Positions 1-7,600 of a DNA stretch of 42,967 nt are shown here, in pieces (positions within the stretch are counted from its first letter, which is position 1; every line of letters starts with the position of its first letter). Below the pieces are notes generated by a model that was given only the letters and a program-made list of their open reading frames with translations, did no database searches and was not told the DNA's origin. The position numbers and the translations under genes are program-made. Where the stretch lies: contig JABDLQ010000274.1 in assembly GCA_013002925.1 (NCBI GenBank), forward strand, positions 1-42,967, written 5' to 3'. This DNA is from Gammaproteobacteria bacterium (lineage in GTDB: Bacteria; Pseudomonadota; Gammaproteobacteria; Steroidobacterales; SZUA-146).

Positions 1-1
1 G

Positions 2-1069
2 GACATACCGGCCGAGCTCAAGGTGCATCGCGTGTTTGCATTAGACACCAAGCGTCATCTGTCATTGTTGGGACGTTATCCGGGATTTCTGGCAAAACCG
101 GATCGCTGGTGTAGCTGGATTTATACAGGTACGCGTGCCGGCCATAAAATTGTACGCCAGTTTCAACCCCATGTAATCTGGTCGACGTATCCGATTGCAA
201 GCGCTCATGCCATTGCCCTGCGTCTCAGGCACGAATACAAAATTCCATGGGTGGCTGATTTTCGCGACTTGATGACCGAAGATGACTGGCCGCCTGACGC
301 CCGCCAAAGGCGCGAGCTTCGTGGCCTTGAAAAAGAAGTAATAACGCAAGCAACGCGCTGTGTTTTCACAACTCCCGGTGCAGCAAGTTACTACAAGGAA
401 TACTATGCAGCCGAGCCAGCCGCCAAGTTTGTTTGTCTGCCAAATGGATTTGATGAATCGAGTTTTACGCACGTCAAGACAAAAGAGCAGCAGGTGGGAA
501 AGCGCCTGACTTTGTTGCATGCCGGAATACTGTATCCCTGGGAACGCGATCCGGTGCCATTTTATAATGCGCTTGCGGCTCTTAAGTCGAAAGGGCGGGT
601 CAGCGCATCTAACCTATCGGTGTGTTTACGGGCAACCGGGCACGATGAGTATCATCGCCCACTATTGAAAAAACTGGGCATCGACGACATTGTCGAGCTT
701 GCTGGCCCCTTGCCGTATCGAGAGGTGTTGCAGGAAATGACTGATAGTGATGGTTTGCTGATTTTTCAGGCCGATAATTGCAATCGCCAGATTCCTGCCA
801 AACTCTATGAGTACTTTCGCGCCGGACGACCTATCTTTGCACTGACTGATAAACACGGCGACACCGCTGCACAAATCAATCAGGAACAGGCTGGCATAAT
901 CTGTCAAATCGATAACACGAATGACATCGAGCATCGACTTGAGGAGTTTCTGCAGACGTTGCGAAATCACAAGGCAAAAACTATCAGCACTGACAGGATT
1001 CAGCGCTATTCTCGTATTAATCAGACCGCGGATCTGGCTGGAGTACTTGAGGCTAGTATGCAAGAATAG
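2..1069 (+). CDS. GT4-family glycosyltransferase, 5'-truncated by the window edge
   Basis: Frame is open from base 2. Motifs 'VIWSTYPIASAH', 'PWVADFRD', 'LPNGFD' and 'IPAKLYEYFRAGRPI' are typical of GT-B/GT4 EPS glycosyltransferases. Confidence 0.9.
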   Translation, partial: DIPAELKVHRVFALDTKRHLSLLGRYPGFLAKPDRWCSWIYTGTRAGHKIVRQFQPHVIWSTYPIASAHAIALRLRHEYKIPWVADFRDLMTEDDWPPDARQRRELRGLEKEVITQATRCVFTTPGAASYYKEYYAAEPAAKFVCLPNGFDESSFTHVKTKEQQVGKRLTLLHAGILYPWERDPVPFYNALAALKSKGRVSASNLSVCLRATGHDEYHRPLLKKLGIDDIVELAGPLPYREVLQEMTDSDGLLIFQADNCNRQIPAKLYEYFRAGRPIFALTDKHGDTAAQINQEQAGIICQIDNTNDIEHRLEEFLQTLRNHKAKTISTDRIQRYSRINQTADLAGVLEASMQE

Positions 1070-1377
1070 GACGTAGGTCATTGATCGTTAAAGTGAGCGA
1101 TACGTGTATCTGTTTTATAAACTAATGACTAATTGCGCAAGACTCACAACTATTGGAATATGGTGAATTAGTAATGGGGTCTTCAGAAGCTCTACGTATT
1201 GTTCAGGAGTAGTTAAAAGAGACAGGAAAGTCGAAGTTTGTTGTCGCCGTTAAGCGACGTTTGGGTTCTTGATTAGATCGCGCTAAGCTTGTGCCGCGCA
1301 AGTGCACCAATGTTATGTGGAATGTTGTAAAACCATTGCATGGGTGAAAAATTCTTACGCATTATTTCAAGCTTCGG

Positions 1378-1430
1378 GAACGTGATTAACTTCACATTTT
1401 GTGTTTTCCCGGAGTCGCATAATTAAATCT
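1378..1430 (+). promoter_or_regulatory. CRP/Clp-type box with class II sigma70 promoter
   Basis: gaaCGTGA-ttaact-TCACAttt (core 1381-1396) against consensus aaaTGTGA-N6-TCACAttt. -10 CATAAT at 1418-1423 puts the box centre at -41.5 and +1 near 1430, just before the riboswitch P1. Confidence 0.7.
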
Positions 1431-1431
1431 A

Positions 1432-1517
1432 CATTGCAAAAGGCTCACCTGTCGAAAGGCAGGGTCGCAAAGCTACCGGTCTAAGGGATTTATCCTATGA
1501 AAGCGGGGTTACCAGTG
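1432..1517 (+). ncRNA. c-di-GMP-I (GEMM-I) riboswitch
   Basis: P1 CATTG(1432-36)/CAGTG(1513-17); P2 CCTGTC-GAAA-GGCAGG; junction CGCAAAGC; P3 with tetraloop receptor CTAAG...TATG closing GGA-TTTA-TCC; 3' AGCGGGGTTACC as in the Vibrio Vc2 aptamer. G at the G20-equivalent position (1442). Confidence 0.93.
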
Positions 1518-1686
1518 AATAGTAGAGAGGCCATTTTAAGGCGTCCACAATTTGTTGTTACCCGCCGTTACATTCCAACCCCACCGTTAGGTTTTACAGA
1601 CAAGACGCTGAGACACTTTCGGCTGAGTTATTTTGATCAATTTACGCTGTGTTTATTTTTTTGAAAGATTTGAGATCAAATTACTT

Positions 1687-4600
1687 ATGAGTGTTTATCA
1701 TATTGCGCGAAAGATTCAGTGGGTGGTGTTACTCGTATTAAGCGGGGCTGTCGTTCACTCTACATTCGCGGATGCCATCGATGATCTATTACCCGGTCAA
1801 TGGTATGCTGCGCCTAACTCGAAAATGCAGAGCGTCAATCCTTGCCCGACAGGCGGTTGTGCGTATACCGGCCAGACTGGTTTTCGTTCAGTTCAGATTG
1901 CGTGGAGCGGTGCGGCCTTTGACACCAATAGTGACAGGCTTATTGTCTGGGGTGGGGGTCACGGCGATTACTGGGGCAATGAAGTCTATGTCTTTGACGT
2001 AAACTCTTCACAGTGGTCGCGCTTGACGGAACCCAGCACGCTGGGCCCGAATTCGCAGGAATGCACAGGTATCAATCCGGATGGTCGGCCACGTTCCAGG
2101 CACACCTACAACAATCTCGATTTTTCGCCTGAGCTGAATGCATTTATCAGTTTCGGCAATAGTGGCACGTCGCCTGCAAATATTTGCGCTGATCGTAAGA
2201 CCTGGATTTTGCCGCTTGACAGCGCCACACCGGAGTGGCAGCTGGGCACTGATAATACCCTGTCTGGTGCGACCGGTATGGGCGCGACCGCCTACGATCC
2301 GGTGCGCGGAACATTCTGGCATCAACGGTCCGATGTCGGTGGGTTTGGCATGTATGACCCTGCGACGCACACGTGGCAAAACTATGGTTCCCGGGCGTTG
2401 GCAATTTATGCAACCGGTGCCATCGATCCACTGCGAGATCAAATGCTGGTTATCGGTGGAACTGCCAGCCAGGCATTTGTCTGGGATCTGGCAAACCCGA
2501 ACAACCCACCGCTGAATCTTTTAAGCAACTCCACTTTCACGTCAACCGACACTGATGGTATAGCAGGTGGTCGTGGCGTTGGCCTTGCCTATGATCCTGT
2601 CGTTGACGCTTTTGTCGTGTGGGACGGTGGTACCACTGTTTATACCATTGACCCTGACACCTGGGCGGTCAGCCGGATCAATGCTGACGCCGGTAACACA
2701 GTGAATCCGGGCACAGCGATTACCGCTGGAACGTATGGGCGCTTTCGCTATGTGCCATCCCGCAATGTCTATATTCTTGCCAACGGGGTTGACAAGGATG
2801 TGTTTTTCTATCGGCTCTCAGATGGTGGCGGTAGCACTGCAGCACCGGTCATCGGTATGACGCTGACGAACAGCAATATATTGATTGGCGAAGATGCTGA
2901 TTTGAGCTGGTCCGTTGCCCATGCTGATTCCTGTGTTGCCAGCGGAGACTGGTCAGGTAGTAAGCCGGTAGCAGGCAGCACGACATTTCCCGCGCTGACA
3001 AGCGATCAAACCTTTACGCTTACTTGTAGCGGTGCGGGCGGGACCAGCAATAAATCGATTACCGTCACGGTGTCAGCGCCACCGCCACCACCAGCCGGGA
3101 CAGAAGACTGGGAGGCGCGTTCCACCGCACCGGGCGTATTGTCTGCCATTGGTTTTGATGTGGAAAGCGAAGTGACGAACTGGATACATCTTGATTCCAA
3201 GCAGGATCATGTGGTGTGGGAAACTGCAAACACGTCTTCCGGTGCGGGTGCATTACGCTTTAACATTTTAAAAACGGACGGAGCAAATTCAGGCAACTGG
3301 CGTCGATGGTTAGCCGATGACGAGCGCGAATTTGTTGAAGGCGATGAGTTCTATATTTCTTATCGTCAATATATTCCTGAATACTATGCCACTCATCAAT
3401 TCCTCGGCGGCGGTGGCTGGAAACAGATAATCGTAAGTCGTAACGCCGGCAATATGAATGGAGTGAACTATGTAGGTACACCAACCGGATCCAACCAGGT
3501 CAATGAAATTGTGATGAACAATTACCTTTATCGGAGTTTGCCACAAGGTTATCATCGCACCACGAATGGCTCCTATGTTGGTTTTTACACGGGTGCATCA
3601 ACCGCCTGTTCCCATACCGACTTCAGATTACAGAATGCTGTCGATCGCGGACCGCAATCGATTGGTACAGCGTGTGAAAATGACCGTGCACGCTATGGTG
3701 GGTTGTTTTCCTATGGCTCCCGTACCGGAGTACCGGATCCTCTCACCGGCGCATTTACTTTTACGCCCGATGAGTGGCATTCGTTTAAAATGTGGATCAA
3801 ATTGGGCAGCCAGGGTACCACTACCAGAAATACTCACGTCAAAATCTGGGCGGCGCATGACGGTGAAGATTGGGACCTCATCATAGATCGCGATGACGTC
3901 GATCTGGGTGGAGGTCCTGCGCACAATGCGTATTGGTTATTACCGTATGACACAGGCAAACAACCAGATCCTACCCGTGAGGATACGTATACGCTTTATG
4001 ACGAAGTAATCGTATCTCTGAATGACATTGCCGCGCCGGGAGCGACTGGCTCGGGTGCGACACTGCCCACGGTTGATTTGACGGCCAGCTCCGGATCTAT
4101 CCTGGACGGCGGTTCCGTGCAATTGAATTGGACTTCAACTGCTGCGGATACTTGTACGGCATCAGGGGGCTGGAGTGGTGCAAAAGCGACCAGCGGCACC
4201 GAAACTGTTGGTCCGCTGTCGGCGACAACAAGTTTTGTTCTGACGTGTACAAATGCAGACGGAAGCCGCTCAGACAGCTTGACGGTGACCGTCGAGGCAC
4301 CTATGCCTTACACGATATTACAGAGTAAAACAATTCACCATCAGGATACATTTGAACTTGACGGAGCCACTGTCTCGGATGGAATTTTTGCCTTTGTCTC
4401 GCCGGGTTCCGGGCTATCACAGGTGCAGTTTTTTCTCGATGATCCAACAGCCAGCGGTACACCTTACAGTGTCGAATTTGTTGAACCCTTTGACTTTGCC
4501 TATGATCCGGTTGGAGGGTTTGATACGACAACTATCGCCAATGGCAGCCATTCGTTAACCGCCAAATTATTTCTGGTTGGCGGAGAGGAGCAGATCATCT

Positions 4601-7600
4601 CGGTGTCTTTTACGGTTGCCAATGAGATCATTGTGCCGCCACCGACACTCAGTTTTTCCGCGAGTCCGGTCGCAGTTGATTTTGAGGGCTTTACTACGCT
4701 CACCTGGTCGACAACAAGTGCATCTTTATGCGTGGCGGGCGGAGACTGGACAGGAAGCCGCGCTGTCAGCGGCAGCGAGTCTGTTGGCCCGTTGACCAGC
4801 AATAAAACGTTTTTTTTGAGCTGCACCGGACCAGGTGGGAGCGTCAACCAGACCGCCACAGTACTTGTGGCGTCACCTGACGCCCCTGAGCTGACGATCA
4901 CAGCCACACCTTCTTCTGTTGATTACAACGGCGCTACAACAGTCTCCTGGACCACTACAGGCACAGAATCCTGCGTGGCCTCGGGCGGATGGGTGGGAGT
5001 CCGCCCGGTTTTTGGCTCGGAAACCGTCGGGACTCTGCAGGAAAACACTGATTTTACGCTGACATGCACAGGCCCTGGCGGATCTGTGACAGGTACGGCA
5101 GGCGTGACCGTCGCACCTGTGCCGGCGCCTACTGTGACTCTGGTTGCATCGCCTCCGGCGGTTGACTACAACGGTGCATCAACACTGAGTTGGAGCTCTA
5201 CCAATGCCGAATCGTGTGCGGCGTCGGGTGCCTGGAGCGGCGCACGTTCGTCCCTGGGCGTATTGACTGTCGGTCCGCTGGAAGAAACCGCGGAGTTTAC
5301 GCTGGTGTGTACGGGTGCAGGAGGCACGGGCAATGCCAGTGTCACCGTGACGGTGGCGGCGCCGGCGCCGCCCGAATTGAGCTTTACCGTTTCATCATCG
5401 TCAATCGCCTACGATGGCTCCATTTTGGCGTATTGGACAGCAACTAATGCCACCAGTTGTACCGCAAGCGGTGACTGGTCGGGCGTGCGGGGCCTCAACG
5501 GTGTTGAAGCGCTGGGTCCATTGCAGGAAGACGCCGTATACACATTAACCTGTAGTGGTCCCGGTGGATCGGTCAGCCACACCCAGACTATTTCAGTGGC
5601 CGCACCGCTGGCACCTGTCATCGGATTTACTACCGATGCAGCATCGGTAGATTACGGCAGCGGCGCCCAGTTAAGTTGGGATGTCAGTAATGCAACGAGT
5701 TGTATCGCAAGTGGTGCGTGGAGCGGCACACGGTCACTGACTGGCACCGAGGCCGTAGGTCCGCTGTTAAGCGACAGCACCTACACATTATCGTGCACAG
5801 GACTTGGCGGGACGGCGAGTCAGACGGTGACGGTGACGGTCAATCCGCCTGTACCCACGGTGTCCCTGACAGCGACACCGCTGTCCATTCCGTTTGAGGG
5901 CACAACGACGCTCTCGTGGACCAGCGAGCATGCTTCTGAATGTACAGCCAGCGGTGCATGGTCTGGTACTCTGGCAGGCAGTGGCACGCAAGTATCGGCG
6001 TCTTTATCCACTAACAGTACGTTCATGATTACGTGCACGGGCACTGGTGGGTCTGCTTCAGATTCACTGACGGTTAACGTAGCTGCACCCGGGGCTCCGT
6101 CCGTCGGTTTCTCTGCCAGTCCGGCAGCCGTGGCCAGTGGTGAGTCCACTACATTGACCTGGACATCAAGCAATACAACCGCTTGTAATGCGGCAGGTGA
6201 CTGGTCGGGTACCAAGGCGATCAATGGCAGTGAAAGCGTAGGCCCACTGACCGCCACCAGTACGTTTATACTGACGTGTTCTGGTGTAGGAGGCGACGTC
6301 ACACAGACCATTACAGTTCCGATATTGGTGCCTGAACCGGTTGTAACGTTAACCGCAGCGCCTGGGAGTGTGCCGCATAATGGCAGCACCACACTGACCT
6401 GGACCTCGACGAATGCGAACAGTTGTGAAGCGTTTGGCAGCTGGTCAGGGCTGCAGGCCCTGAACGGCAGCCTGACGGTTGATAATATCGATAGCGAACG
6501 CACGTATGCGTTGTACTGTGAAGGATCCGGTGGCACGGCCAGTGCACTGGTGACCATTGCGGTCGGCGCTCCACCTGTCCCTGAAATCAGTCTATCCACA
6601 GACGTTGTGACAGTCATGTATGGCGATACCGTGACCATCAACTGGGCAGCTACACAAGCCACAACATGTGAAGCCTACGGGGGTTGGTCAGGGATCAAGA
6701 CATTAATTGGCACAGAAGAGAGTTTGCCAATTACCAGTGACACTACGTATGTGCTGGTGTGCTCTGGCCCCGGTGGGCAGGTAGATGCCGCAACAGTCGT
6801 TACGGTTGCGGTTGAGCCCCCCAATGTAACGCTGGAGGCGTCGCCGCTGACGGTAGATTACGACGGTTCAACGACACTGACGTGGACTGCCACCGGAGCG
6901 GACTCATGCCAGGCTTTCGGCAGCTGGTCGGGTGTAAAGGTTACGTCAGGTACCGAGGTTATCGACAATCTTGCCAATACCGGAAATTTCGTATTGTTGT
7001 GTTCCGGCCCGGGAGGTGACGGGGACGCGAGTGTTTCGGTGTTGGTGAACCCGGCACCGCTACCGCTGGTCAGCCTGATCGCAGAGCCCGCAGAAGTCAG
7101 TTTTGGTGGTACAACAACCTTAAGCTGGTCAAGTCGCGATGCAGATACCTGTGAAGCATTTGGTGGCTGGTCCGGCGATCGTGATACTGAAGGGAGCTAT
7201 GTGGTCGAAGATTTACTGGCCACCACGAGTTTCACGCTTTTGTGTCAAGGTCCGGGTGGCAGTCGCGTGTTGATTGCCAATGTTGCGGTTGGAGCTCCGG
7301 AAGCGCCGATCATAGAGTTCTATGTCGAGCCCGATTTTATTGCTTACGGCGGCGCAGCTATTTTGAACTGGACAGTCAGTCAGGCTGATTCCTGTTTCGC
7401 AACCGGCGACTGGTCCGGCGACAAAGCCCTGACGGGTGTTGAAACAATCTCACCTTTGTACTCAACGGCAAATTTCGCATTGACATGTACCGGCGTGGGC
7501 GGCGGCTCGAGTGTGTCTGTCAGCGCAACCGTGGCGTCACTGGCTGACATGGCTTTACAGAATTTTGAAGACAATGAACTCAATACCGACCCGGAAGGTT

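Noticed and set aside
1132-1149. Additional CRP-like site ttgcg-caagac-TCACA
   Set aside because: Only one good half-site and no well-placed -10.
4810-4817. T8 homopolymer in the adhesin as a phase-variation tract
   Set aside because: Short, in frame (encodes Phe-Phe-Leu) and not unusual in 8.4 kb.
5820-6662. 280-aa antisense ORF and similar antisense ORFs across the adhesin and DUF11 genes
   Set aside because: Shadows of Thr/Gly/Ser/Val-rich sense frames, with no RBS or motifs of their own.
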